This document shows positions 1 through 9,601 of a DNA stretch of 64,000 nt, one piece after another; position 1 is the stretch's first letter; each line of letters starts with the position of its first letter. Location: assembly GCA_016188775.1 (NCBI GenBank), contig JACPHC010000010.1, forward strand, positions 31,333-95,332. Reading direction: 5' to 3'. The DNA is from Parcubacteria group bacterium. Its GTDB lineage: Bacteria > Patescibacteriota > Minisyncoccia > JACPHC01. A program made the translations under genes and the position numbers. The notes under the pieces were generated by a model. It searched no databases. It had not been told where the DNA came from and was given only the letters and a program-made list of their open reading frames with translations.

Positions 1-2
1 AA

Positions 3-317
3 TGCGAATATTACGCTCTTGAAGGATTGTCCCAGCTTTTCAGCACCATCGATTTGGTCAGGGAGAATTTGGGCGCTAATCCTAAAATCTTGGGAGCGGT
101 TTTGACGATGTTTGATCGAAAATCGCGTTTGAGCCGCGCGGTCTCAAAAGAAATTAAAAATAATTTTCCCGGATATGTTTTTGAAGCGATGATTCCCCGA
201 AATATTTCTTTAGCCGAGGCGCCCAGTTTCGGCAAATCAATTTTTCGTTACGACCCTTATTCGCACGGCGCCAAGGCTTATAGGCAATTAGCCGAAGAAG
301 TGATTAAAATGGTATAA
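3..317 (+). CDS. parA: ParA/Soj-family partitioning ATPase, C-terminal part (5' end outside window)
   Basis: ORF 27..317 reads as a ParA/Soj C-terminus (…MFDRKSRLSRAV…AKAYRQLAEEV); frame is open to the window edge; parB starts 7 bp downstream. Confidence 0.8.
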   Translation, partial: CEYYALEGLSQLFSTIDLVRENLGANPKILGAVLTMFDRKSRLSRAVSKEIKNNFPGYVFEAMIPRNISLAEAPSFGKSIFRYDPYSHGAKAYRQLAEEVIKMV

Positions 318-323
318 TTAATT

Positions 324-1232
324 ATGGCCAAATCAAGATTGGGAAGGGGACTTTCGTCTCTTATTCCTCAAAAAAAATCAAAAGCCCAAAACGAGCGGGA
401 GAATTTTAACGGCAATGGCTATGAAAATAACGGGAAAACTGAAAGCATTTTTTGGATTGAAATTGAAAAAATCCAGGCGAATCCGGAACAGCCGCGTCAG
501 GAATTCGACAAGGAAAGCTTGGAAGAGCTGGCGGATTCAATTCGCCGCCATGGCATTATTCAGCCCTTGGTAGTGACGAAAATAGAGACGCCGAGCGCTA
601 AAGGCATTGATGTTTCTTATCAGTTAATTGCCGGCGAGCGTCGGCTGAAAGCCGCCAAAATGGCCGGACTTTATCAAGTGCCGTCAATTATTCGCCGGAT
701 GGAATCCGAAAAAGAAAAATTGGAAGTGGCTTTAGTTGAAAATATTCAAAGAAAAGATTTAAATCCGATGGAAAAAGCCGAGGCCTATTTACGGCTGGCT
801 AAGGAGTTTAATTTGACTCAAGCGGAAGTCGGCAAAAAGGTGGGTAAATCAAGGGAATCGGTGGCTAACGCCATTCGTTTGCTTGAATTGCCGTCGGATA
901 TGAAACAAGCGCTTCGCGAAGGGAGGATTTCCGAAGGCCACGCTCGGGCGATTTTGGCCGCCGGCAACCAAGATCATCAAAAAGAAATTTTTTCAGCGAT
1001 TTTAACCGGCGGAGTTTCAGTCAGAAAAACCGAAGAGTTGATCGCTTCCAAAAATATTAAAATAAAATTAGATGCCGATCCTTATGTCAAACAGCTGATC
1101 AGCCGCTTGGAAGACAGATTAAACACGAAAGTTAAATTAAAAGGAAAAACGCATCGCGGCGTTTTGGCCATTGATTATTATTCAAAAGAAGAATTGCAAA
1201 ATATAGCCGATAAAATCGCTCCGGAAGAATAA
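324..1232 (+). CDS. parB: ParB/Spo0J chromosome partitioning protein
   Basis: ParB box GERRLKAAKMAGL; HTH region (LTQAEVGKKVGKSRESVANAIRLL); directly downstream of parA. Confidence 0.9.
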   Translation: MAKSRLGRGLSSLIPQKKSKAQNERENFNGNGYENNGKTESIFWIEIEKIQANPEQPRQEFDKESLEELADSIRRHGIIQPLVVTKIETPSAKGIDVSYQLIAGERRLKAAKMAGLYQVPSIIRRMESEKEKLEVALVENIQRKDLNPMEKAEAYLRLAKEFNLTQAEVGKKVGKSRESVANAIRLLELPSDMKQALREGRISEGHARAILAAGNQDHQKEIFSAILTGGVSVRKTEELIASKNIKIKLDADPYVKQLISRLEDRLNTKVKLKGKTHRGVLAIDYYSKEELQNIADKIAPEE

Positions 1233-1259
1233 AAGCCCCTTTATTTCGGGGCTTTTTCA
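1232..1259 (+). terminator. rho-independent terminator after parB
   Basis: aaagcccc-ttatttc-ggggcttttt: GC stem followed by T-run immediately after the parB stop. Confidence 0.7.
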
Positions 1260-1462
1260 ATTTTATGAGCGCAGTCGCAGCAGGTTCGTGTTTTTTCGCT
1301 CCATTCAGCATTATTTATAATCATTTTTTTTGCAATTTGGGCACAATCTTTTTATTTCGTAATGACGTAAAAATTTTTCTCTTAAATATAAAGTTAATAC
1401 AAGAAAAAACACAAGAAATAAAATAAAAATTGTTGCCGCTATTCATGGTTTTTCAAAACGAT

Positions 1463-1705
1463 TCATCTTTCCTCCTTAATTTTTTTATATTCCTTTTCCG
1501 CGCAAGTTTGGCAAATTTTTATTTTTGGATCGTTTAACGACCAAGTTAAAAAATTAACTTCGGCCTTACAGGAGGGGCAGATGATTTTTATGATATATTG
1601 ACGAAGAGCTTTTTCTCTTAGCCATGCCGATAAAATTATTCCGAAAATTAAAAAGATTCCAAAAGCTCCAAGAGCTAACCATGGATTTAAAATAGTGTTT
1701 ATCAT
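1463..1705 (-). CDS. small membrane protein with C-terminal zinc ribbon
   Basis: N-terminal hydrophobic helix (LALGAFGIFLIFGIILSAWL) then CPSCK…CQTCAEKE (2x CxxC). Confidence 0.45.
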   Translation of the reverse strand: MINTILNPWLALGAFGIFLIFGIILSAWLREKALRQYIIKIICPSCKAEVNFLTWSLNDPKIKICQTCAEKEYKKIKEER

Positions 1706-1767
1706 TTTTTTTCTCCTCTTTGTTAAAGATCAATTTTTATAAAAGTACAATAATCAACCGTCAATCG

Positions 1768-3498
1768 TCAAGTTTTTACAATCAATTTATGGCTGATTTC
1801 CGCCACGCCTTTAATGCCTTTTATTTTTGTCACCAAGGGAGGCAGTTGGCTTTTTTCCCTTAATCTTAAAGTCAGGCAAAGAGGCGAGCCTTTTTCTTTT
1901 GATTCGTTGAAAATATTTTCAATGTTTATTTTTGAAGCCGAGACGACAGAGCTGACCTCCTTAATCAAACCGATTCTGTCTCTTTCAAAAACAATGCGAA
2001 GTTCGGCTCGAGGAATTTTTTCCGCCTCCCATTGGGAAAGTCCGGAAAATTTACTTTGCTTTATAATTTTTCTGATTCGGTTTTTGGCAAAGCTGGTCTG
2101 AACAAATTCAAACCAGTCCGGCGACGGCTTTTTATTTTTTTGAATGACAATTTCAACAACATCCCCGTTTTTTAATTTTGTGTTTAAAGGCGCTATCCGA
2201 TTGTTGATTTTGGCGCCGGCGCAGGCGTCGCCAATTTCGGTGTGAATTTGGTAGGCAAAATCAACCGGCGTTGAGCCTTCCGGTAGATCAATGATTTGGC
2301 CTTTGGGCGTTAAGACGAAAATCCGATCCTGAAAAAAATCAATTTTTAGTCTTTCCAAGAATTCCTCCGGCTTGGAAAATTCTTTTTGCCATTCGGAAAG
2401 TTGTTTGACCCAGGCTAAGTTTTGCTCATCCGTTTCTATTTTTTTCCCCGTTTTGCCGGATTCGGAATAAAGCCAGTGAGCCACGATGCCGTATTCGGCT
2501 TCAGCATGCATTTCTTGGGTGCGGATTTGAAATTCAACGATTTTTTCGTCTTGGCAAAAAACGGTCGTGTGCAGCGAACGATAGCCATTGGGTTTCGGCA
2601 GGGCGATGTAATCTTTAATCCGGCCCGGCAAAGGTTTCCAGATTTTGTGAATCGCGCCCAAGGCGCCGTAGCAGGAAGCGAGGTCGGGCAGTATCAGGCG
2701 AACCGCCACTAAATCGTGCATTAAGTCCAGGTTCATTTCGTGTTTTAAAAGTTTTTGCCAGAGACTGAAATAATGTTTGGCCCGGTAATCAAAACGCAAA
2801 GGCGTTATGTTTTCTTTTTTTAATTCGGCTAAAATTATCGGCGTCACTTTTTCCAAATATTTTTCCCTTTCTTCGTAGCGGTTGCCGACATTAGCCATAA
2901 TCCAGCTATATTCCTCGGGCCATAAATAGCCGAAAGCCAAATCTTCAAGTTTACCTTTAATTTCTCCAATGCCCAACCGGTGCGCTAGCGGGGCGTAGAT
3001 TTCAATGGTTTCTTGGGCGATGCGGCGCCGTTTTCTTTCCGGAACATAATGGAGCGTTTCCATGTTATGAAGTCGATCGGCCAGTTTGATCAGAATAACT
3101 CTGATGTCTTGGGCCATGGCCAAAATCATTTTTCTTAAATTTTCCGCTTCTCGGGCGACGCCGTGATATTTTATTTTTCCGAGTTTAGTCACGCCATTGA
3201 CCAAAAAAACTATATCTTTTCCAAAATGACGCTCAATTTCTTCCTGATCCATCGGATGAGCCGCGTCATCTTCCAGGGTGTCGTGAAGCAGAGAGGCGGC
3301 GATGGTCGCTCCATCAAGCTTGAGGCGGGTTAAAATTTTGGCCGCGGCCAGCGGATGGCCGATGTAGTCTTCGTCGGAATATCTTTTTTGCCCTTGGTGA
3401 GAAATTTTGGCAAATTGAAAAGCTTTCCGAATCATTTCTTCGTCTTGGGGCGATTGATTATATTTTTTAAAATCTTTGATTATTGGTTCTATGTTCAT
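1768..3498 (-). CDS. relA: bifunctional (p)ppGpp synthetase/hydrolase RelA/SpoT family
   Basis: HD hydrolase motif (HPLAAAKIL…LLHDTLEDD); RelA_SpoT synthetase region (RIKDYIALPKPNGYRSLHTTV); TGS/ACT-like C-terminus. Confidence 0.9.
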   Translation of the reverse strand: MNIEPIIKDFKKYNQSPQDEEMIRKAFQFAKISHQGQKRYSDEDYIGHPLAAAKILTRLKLDGATIAASLLHDTLEDDAAHPMDQEEIERHFGKDIVFLVNGVTKLGKIKYHGVAREAENLRKMILAMAQDIRVILIKLADRLHNMETLHYVPERKRRRIAQETIEIYAPLAHRLGIGEIKGKLEDLAFGYLWPEEYSWIMANVGNRYEEREKYLEKVTPIILAELKKENITPLRFDYRAKHYFSLWQKLLKHEMNLDLMHDLVAVRLILPDLASCYGALGAIHKIWKPLPGRIKDYIALPKPNGYRSLHTTVFCQDEKIVEFQIRTQEMHAEAEYGIVAHWLYSESGKTGKKIETDEQNLAWVKQLSEWQKEFSKPEEFLERLKIDFFQDRIFVLTPKGQIIDLPEGSTPVDFAYQIHTEIGDACAGAKINNRIAPLNTKLKNGDVVEIVIQKNKKPSPDWFEFVQTSFAKNRIRKIIKQSKFSGLSQWEAEKIPRAELRIVFERDRIGLIKEVSSVVSASKINIENIFNESKEKGSPLCLTLRLREKSQLPPLVTKIKGIKGVAEISHKLIVKT

Positions 3499-3499
3499 T

Positions 3500-5593
3500 T
3501 TACATTTCCTTAAAATCGCAGGTTTTGTTTGAGCACTTTATTTGATTTCTCAAAGTTTTGACCAAAAGGGAGCCGCATTGGGGACATTTTTGGCCGGTGG
3601 GTTCGTCCCAGAGGGCAAAATCGCATTCCGGATACCTGGAGCAGCCGTAAAAAAATTTTCCTTTTCTGGTCCGTTTTTTAACGATTTCGCCTTTTTCGCA
3701 TTTCAGGCATTTAAGGCCAATGGTATTTTTAATCGGTTTGGCGTTGCGGCATTCCGGAAAGCCGGTGCAAGCCAAAAATTTTCCGAATCGGGACATTTTT
3801 ATCACCATCGGTTTGCCGCATTTTTCGCAAACTTCTTCGGTTTTTTCCTCTATTTTTTCTTTTTTGACTTCCTCATATTTTTCTTCCAGATTTTTTTTGA
3901 AAGGGCCGTAAAAATCATTAAGCAGCGTTTCGTATTTTATTTCGCCTTCGGCGATTTTATCAAGCCCTTCTTCCATTTGGGCCGTAAATTCCAAATCAAC
4001 TATTTTGGGAAAATGTTGGACGAGAATTTTATTGACTAAAATTCCCATTTCGGTCGGAGCCAGTCTTTTTTGATCGTTTTTTTGAACATAGCCGCGTTCT
4101 TGGATAGTGGAAAGAGTCGGAGCGTAAGTGGAGGGGCGGCCAATGCCGTTTTTTTCCAACGTTTTAATCAAAGAAGCTTCGGAATATCGGGCCGGCGGTT
4201 CTGTAAAATGCTGGAGAGGTTTTAATTCAAGAAGTTTGAGTTCGTCTTTTTCTTTGAGTTCGGGCAGAATTATTTCTTCTTTTTTTGACGGGTAAATTTT
4301 TAAAAAGCCGTCGAATTTAATAATGGAACCGCTGGCCCGAAAGATGTGTAATTTTTTATCAACATCGTTTTTGGCCTCGATGTCGTAATGCGTGTTTGAG
4401 AAAACGGCGTCGCTCATTTGCGAGGCGACGAATCTTCTCCAGATGAGGTCATAGACCTTAAACTGGCGGCTGTCCAGATATTTTTGAACTGACTCGGGAG
4501 TTCTGATCGCTTCAGTCGGCCTAATGGCTTCGTGCGCTTCTTGGGCGGTTTTGGATTTGGTTTTGTATAATCTTTTTCGCCAATAATTTTCGCCCATCTC
4601 TTTTTTAATATAAGCTTCGGCCGATTCTTGGGCGGACTCGGCGATATTAAGCGAATCGGTTCTCATATAGGTGATCAGGCCGGTTGTCCCTTCTTCGCCG
4701 ATTTCAACGCCTTCATATAATTGCTGGGCGAGCATCATTGTTTGTTTGGCCGAGAAATGATATTTAGCCCAAGCTTCTTGTTGAAGGGTGCTGGTGGAAA
4801 AAGGCGGCGAGGGTGATTTATTTATTTCTTTTTTTTCAATTTTCGCGATCAGCCAATTCCTATTGGCTAAATTTTTTAAAATGTTTTCCGCCTCGTTTTT
4901 CGTTTTAATCGCGAATTTTTCCAAAACCTTATCGTCAATCTTGATCAGCAAAGCCTCAATCGTTATCTCGTCTTTTTTCGGTTTTAATAAAGCGGCGATC
5001 GTCCAGTATTCTTCCGGTTGGAAATTTTTAATTTCTTCTTCCCGTTCGACAATTAGCCGAACAGCGACAGATTGGACTCGGCCGGCTGACAAGCCTTTAG
5101 CCACCTTTTTCCATAAAAACGGAGAAAGCTCGTAGCCGACCAGGCGATCTAAAATTCTCCGGCCTTGCTGAGCGTTAACTAGATTCATATCAATTTCGCG
5201 AGAATGCTTTAGGGCGTTTTCAATGGCCGATTTGGTGATTTCATGAAAAACAATTCTTTCTATCGTTTTTTCTTTTTCTTTTTTCGTTTTGACCTCATCA
5301 AGGCCTAAGGCTTTGGCCAGGTGCCAGGCGATAGCTTCTCCTTCCCGGTCTTCGTCAGTGGCCAGAATAATATTTTCCGATTCTTCCGCCGCTTCTTTGA
5401 GTTCTTTAACGTGTTTTTTCGCTTTGGCGGGAATGATATATTTGGGAATAAAATTATGCTCGACATCCACGCCGATTTTACTTTTGGGCAGATCCCGGAC
5501 ATGGCCGTAAGAGGATTCAACGCGATAATCTTTCCCTAAAAATCGGGAAATTGTTTTGGCTTTGGTTGGTGATTCAACTATGACGAGTTTCAT
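3500..5593 (-). CDS. topA: DNA topoisomerase I
   Basis: Toprim N-terminus (KLVIVESPTKAKTI…ILATDEDREGEAIAWH); active-site Tyr region (GLITYMRTDS); three C-terminal CxxC zinc ribbons. Confidence 0.9.
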   Translation of the reverse strand: MKLVIVESPTKAKTISRFLGKDYRVESSYGHVRDLPKSKIGVDVEHNFIPKYIIPAKAKKHVKELKEAAEESENIILATDEDREGEAIAWHLAKALGLDEVKTKKEKEKTIERIVFHEITKSAIENALKHSREIDMNLVNAQQGRRILDRLVGYELSPFLWKKVAKGLSAGRVQSVAVRLIVEREEEIKNFQPEEYWTIAALLKPKKDEITIEALLIKIDDKVLEKFAIKTKNEAENILKNLANRNWLIAKIEKKEINKSPSPPFSTSTLQQEAWAKYHFSAKQTMMLAQQLYEGVEIGEEGTTGLITYMRTDSLNIAESAQESAEAYIKKEMGENYWRKRLYKTKSKTAQEAHEAIRPTEAIRTPESVQKYLDSRQFKVYDLIWRRFVASQMSDAVFSNTHYDIEAKNDVDKKLHIFRASGSIIKFDGFLKIYPSKKEEIILPELKEKDELKLLELKPLQHFTEPPARYSEASLIKTLEKNGIGRPSTYAPTLSTIQERGYVQKNDQKRLAPTEMGILVNKILVQHFPKIVDLEFTAQMEEGLDKIAEGEIKYETLLNDFYGPFKKNLEEKYEEVKKEKIEEKTEEVCEKCGKPMVIKMSRFGKFLACTGFPECRNAKPIKNTIGLKCLKCEKGEIVKKRTRKGKFFYGCSRYPECDFALWDEPTGQKCPQCGSLLVKTLRNQIKCSNKTCDFKEM

Positions 5594-5638
5594 TTTATTT
5601 CACCCGCCAAAATTTCTTTGAAATTTAGGCGGGTGAAT

Positions 5639-5857
5639 TTATATTACCATATAAATATCGCCGCCGATATTTTTAATATAGCCGTTAAGTTCCATCAGGA
5701 CTAAAGAAGTGATAATTTCATTAACGCTTCTTTCGCCTTTTTTTATAATTTCGTCAATATGAGTTGGCTCATTCATAAATTCAAGAATCTTTTTTTCCAA
5801 TTCATTTAAAGATTTTTTTTGTTTTTGTTCGGGATTTTCAAGGCCATATTCTTCCAA
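5639..5857 (-). pseudogene. dprA: DprA C-terminal winged-helix domain, separated from the dprA body by a frameshift
   Basis: Translation (LNELEKKILEFMNEPTHIDEIIKKGERSVNEIITSLVLMELNGYI) matches the DprA C-terminal domain; this frame is open upstream to a TGA at 5897-5899 and overlaps the dprA stop (5883-5885) in a different frame; ORF-track start is TTG. Confidence 0.6.
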
Positions 5858-5882
5858 GACATCGTTGGCTTCCCGGACAAGT

Positions 5883-6731
5883 TTAGCCCATTTTAATCAG
5901 CGAATTCGGACCGATTGAATTTTCGGAAAAGATTGAGCCGGGTACGGCAAAAACATCGCGGTTTTGTTCCAGTGCGATGTCGGCCGTAATCAGGGCTCCG
6001 CTTTTGGCCTTAGCTTCAACGACAATTACGCCCTTGGAAAGACCGGAGATAATTCGATTCCTTAAAGGAAAATTTTGCGGCCAAGCTCCGGTGCCCAGAG
6101 GAAATTCCGAGATTAAAGCGCCGTTTTTGGCGATTTTTTTGGCCAGTTTTAAATTTTCTTTGGGATAAAGGTGAGCCTCGTCAAGGCCGGAACCCAAAAC
6201 CGCGATTGTCCGGCCGCCCGCCGACAGAGCGGCTTCATGAGCCGAGGCATCAATGCCCAAGGCCAAGCCGCTTACGATTGTCAGTCCGGCTTCAGCTAGT
6301 TTTTCGCTTAATTTTCGAGCGGTAGTGTCGCCGTATTGGCTTAAACGTCTGGTGCCGACAATGGCAATGGCCAGTTCGTCTTTTGGGTCCAGATTTCCTT
6401 TTATATACAAGAGAGCCGGCGCTTGGGGAATTTCTTTAAGCCGTAAAGGATAATTTTTATCTTTGATCGTTAAAAGTTCAATTTCTTCATCGGCTAATTT
6501 TTTAAATTCTTTTTCCGGATTTATTTTTTCTCTCTTTTTTTCAAATTGTTCAATTAATTCTTTTGTCTGAAGAGACGTTTCTCCTCTGGCAAAAACCGCT
6601 TCCAATTTTTCTCCGGATCCTTCCCAGGCATTTTTTAAAGATTTAAAATTTTTCATCAATCGGGCGAATCTTTGCGGCCCGAAAAGCCCGGTCAGGCTAA
6701 AAGCGTTAAAATATATTTTTTCCAAATCCAT
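5883..6731 (-). CDS. dprA: DNA processing protein A (Smf), Rossmann-fold body
   Basis: DprA signature LALGIDASAHEAALSAGGRTIAVLGSGLD; ends KMG* roughly 70 aa short of a typical DprA. Confidence 0.8.
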   Translation of the reverse strand: MDLEKIYFNAFSLTGLFGPQRFARLMKNFKSLKNAWEGSGEKLEAVFARGETSLQTKELIEQFEKKREKINPEKEFKKLADEEIELLTIKDKNYPLRLKEIPQAPALLYIKGNLDPKDELAIAIVGTRRLSQYGDTTARKLSEKLAEAGLTIVSGLALGIDASAHEAALSAGGRTIAVLGSGLDEAHLYPKENLKLAKKIAKNGALISEFPLGTGAWPQNFPLRNRIISGLSKGVIVVEAKAKSGALITADIALEQNRDVFAVPGSIFSENSIGPNSLIKMG

Positions 6732-6820
6732 TGAAACAATTTATACCGTAATTTAGCAACGAATGCAAATATCTTTTTTATTATTTTAATATTAAGATTG
6801 AAAGCGCTTTGCTTTACTAT

Positions 6821-6866
6821 ATTTCACTACAATGACCTCACGATCGTGAGGTCATTGTAGTGAATA
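6821..6866. repeat. perfect 42-46 bp palindrome (family C copy 1), TTCACTACAAT-GAC-CTCACGATCGTGAG-GTC-ATTGTAGTGAA
   Basis: Perfect palindrome centred on CGATCG between the mfd stop and the dprA start; second copy at 61307-61350 has a compensated 3-nt change. Confidence 0.8.
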
Positions 6867-6887
6867 ATTTACACTACTGGACGCCAG

Positions 6888-8840
6888 TTATTTTTTTAGT
6901 TTTTCAATCGCTTCATTGAGCAGTTGATAATAAAGATTCAATCCAACGGCATTAACGCAGCCGGATTGTTTGGCGCCAAGGATATTCCCGGCGCCGCGAA
7001 TTTTCAGGTCGGCCGTCGCGATTTCATAGCCGGCTCCCAAATGAGACATCTGACGCAAAGTCTCCAGCCGCTTTTTGGCTTTTTCCGGAATGCTTAAAGA
7101 GCGGTAAAGAAAATAAGCAAAAGCTTGCCGGTTGCCCCGGCCTACCCGGCCTCTTAATTGGTGCGCTTCGGCCAGACCCAAAAGCGATCCTTCTTCAACG
7201 ATCAGGGTGTTGACATTGGCTAAATCCAGGCCGTTTTCAATGATGGTCGTGGCCATTAAAACTTGAATTTTTTTCTCTCGAAAGTCTTGAATGATTTTAA
7301 GCAGAGATTTCTCGTTCATTCGGCCGTGAGCCGTTTCTATTTTCGGCCAATTTCCATGGCGGTTTTTCTTTAAAATCTTGATCAGATTTTTCTTGGCCGC
7401 TTCAATGGTTTCAATTCGGTTATGCAAAAAGAAAACTTGGCCGCCTCTCTGAAGTTCGTAATTAATCGCCTCTTGAATTATTTTTTTTGAGAACGGCAGG
7501 ACAAAAGTTTTAATCGGAGTTCTGCCCAGGGGCGCCTCGTCAATTCGCGAAAGCGACCTTAACGAAGAAAGAGCCAAAGAAAGAGTGCGGGGGATAGGGG
7601 TGGCCGATAAGCTTAAAATATCCAAAACAGCGCGCATCTTTTTCATTTTTTCTTTTTGGCGCACGCCGAATTTTTGCTCCTCGTCAATTATCAAAAGTCC
7701 GAGATTTTTAAATTCGATGTCCGGAGAAAGCAGGCGGTGGGTGCCGATAATAATGTCAATTTTGCCGTTTTTTAAATCAGCCAGAGTCTGTTTTGTTTCT
7801 TTTTTGGAAAAAAGACGGGAAACGCGCTCGATATTCAAAGGGAATTTTTTAAGCCGATTTTTAAAAGTTTCAAAATGCTGTTGGGCCAGTATTGTCGTTG
7901 GCGAAATCAAGGCGACCTGCGATCCGTTTAGAGCTACTCGAAAGGCCGCGCGCAGCGCGACTTCGGTTTTTCCAAAGCCGACATCGCCGACGACAATTCT
8001 ATCCATTGGGCGTTGACTTTCCAAATCCTTAAAAATTTCACTAATCGTTTTCTTTTGGCTTTCGGTTTCTTGATATTCAAAAGAATCCGTTAGCATTATT
8101 TCTAGGTGTCGGTCCGGAACATAAGGTTTTCGGCCGACCATTTCTCTTTTGGCGTAAATAGCGATTAATTCTTTGGCAAATTCAATTATATTTTCTTTGA
8201 TTTTTTTTCTGGTATTTCCCCAGAGAGGGCTGCCCAAGCGGTGAATTTTGGGAGTTTCAAATCCAAGATACGGGCTGATTTTTTCTTTGAGTCCAAAAGG
8301 AACAAAAAGCAAATCCGGACGACCGCCGATTTTAGGCGGAGCGTATTCTATGATGAAATATTTATTTTGTTTTTTTTCTTGAACGCCCCGAAAGATTCCA
8401 ATGCCGTGATCCAAGTGGACGACATAATCGCCGAGATTAAAGACATCCTCTTTTGATTTTTTGGGCTTTTGCCCGGACAACGTTGTCGGCTCTATTTCAA
8501 TAATTTCTTCAAGCCGGTTGTTTTCAAAATCAAGCCTGATAATTTTTTCAGAGTTTATCGGAAAGATGTCAATAATGCCGCCTTGTTTGGAAAATTCGCC
8601 GGCGGAAAAAACTTTGGAAACTTTTTTGTAGCCCAAATCGTCAAATTGTTTTAAAAGCCGGCTGATGGCAATGTTGTCGTCTTTTCGCAAAAAAAGAGTG
8701 TTTTTTTGGAAAAAAATCTGGGTTTTGGCCGAATTTTTTATTTGATGAAAATTTTCCGAAAACCACAAAACGGGCTTTTCCAAAAAAGAGGGGGTAAGCC
8801 CGGCGATTAAAATTTCTTTTTGTCTGATTAAATTATTCAT
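6888..8840 (-). CDS. mfd: transcription-repair coupling factor Mfd-like helicase, short form lacking the UvrB-homology N-terminal module
   Basis: RNAP-interaction motif GDYVVHLDHGIGIF; Mfd-type Walker A GDVGFGKTEVALRAAF; DEEQKFGV; helicase C motifs (QLRGRVGRG); 650 aa versus ~1150 for canonical Mfd. Confidence 0.7.
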   Translation of the reverse strand: MNNLIRQKEILIAGLTPSFLEKPVLWFSENFHQIKNSAKTQIFFQKNTLFLRKDDNIAISRLLKQFDDLGYKKVSKVFSAGEFSKQGGIIDIFPINSEKIIRLDFENNRLEEIIEIEPTTLSGQKPKKSKEDVFNLGDYVVHLDHGIGIFRGVQEKKQNKYFIIEYAPPKIGGRPDLLFVPFGLKEKISPYLGFETPKIHRLGSPLWGNTRKKIKENIIEFAKELIAIYAKREMVGRKPYVPDRHLEIMLTDSFEYQETESQKKTISEIFKDLESQRPMDRIVVGDVGFGKTEVALRAAFRVALNGSQVALISPTTILAQQHFETFKNRLKKFPLNIERVSRLFSKKETKQTLADLKNGKIDIIIGTHRLLSPDIEFKNLGLLIIDEEQKFGVRQKEKMKKMRAVLDILSLSATPIPRTLSLALSSLRSLSRIDEAPLGRTPIKTFVLPFSKKIIQEAINYELQRGGQVFFLHNRIETIEAAKKNLIKILKKNRHGNWPKIETAHGRMNEKSLLKIIQDFREKKIQVLMATTIIENGLDLANVNTLIVEEGSLLGLAEAHQLRGRVGRGNRQAFAYFLYRSLSIPEKAKKRLETLRQMSHLGAGYEIATADLKIRGAGNILGAKQSGCVNAVGLNLYYQLLNEAIEKLKK

Positions 8841-9016
8841 TTTTAGATGGAGCGTAGGCTTGACTCGCGGAACCGTTGTCGGCTCGCCCCAGCGGCTCGC
8901 CGCAACTTAATTCTCGGCGCCAAAACTTTTGCTTCGCAAAAGACCAATCTTTTGGCGCCTCCGAGATATTCCGCTAAGCAAGTTTACGCTCCGTCTATTT
9001 TAAAATAATCATCCGT

Positions 9017-9553
9017 CTATTTAATTTTAATCTCAATATCTTCAATTGTTTCTTTAATGATCTTTTTTAAAGTTTTTTCTTCGTTGGGGGCGAATTTTTG
9101 CAAAACCAGTTTTTCCGCTTTCATTCTTCTTTTTTCTTTTGGCGGTCGAATGCCGACGCGAAAACGCCATAATTCATTGGTTTTTAAATTTTTAATAACT
9201 GACTCCACTCCTTTGTGGCCGGCCGAATGTTTGCCAAAAGAAATTTTGATTTTGCCGAATTCAATGTCTGAATCGTCGTGGACGACAAATATGTTCGCCG
9301 GTTTGATTTTGTAATATTTAGCCGCCAAGCCGGCCGATTTTCCGGAATTGTTCATAAAAGTTTCCGGCAGAAGAAGGATAATCCCGCTTTTTTTAATTTT
9401 TGTTTGAGCTATTTTTCCGAACGCTTTTTTGTCTTCACGAAATTCAATTCCCAGTTTTTTAGCCAGTGCTTCAACAACCCGTCTTCCTATGTTATGGCGG
9501 GTATTTTCATATTTTTTGCCCGGATTGCCTAAGCCGATGATGAGATATGACAT
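9017..9553 (-). CDS. pth: peptidyl-tRNA hydrolase
   Basis: MSYLIIGLGNPGKKYENTRHNIGRRVVEALA: canonical Pth N-terminus. Confidence 0.9.
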   Translation of the reverse strand: MSYLIIGLGNPGKKYENTRHNIGRRVVEALAKKLGIEFREDKKAFGKIAQTKIKKSGIILLLPETFMNNSGKSAGLAAKYYKIKPANIFVVHDDSDIEFGKIKISFGKHSAGHKGVESVIKNLKTNELWRFRVGIRPPKEKRRMKAEKLVLQKFAPNEEKTLKKIIKETIEDIEIKIK

Positions 9554-9601
9554 TGCAATTTTAGATAGATTATTATATAATTAAAAAATTAAAAAAGCAA
9601 A

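Noticed and set aside
3542-5539. Several + strand ORFs (3542..4039, 3720..3911, 4788..5135, 5289..5510, 5321..5539) inside topA
   Set aside because: They are antisense to a well-supported topA CDS and have low-complexity, F/K-rich translations typical of shadow ORFs in AT-rich DNA.
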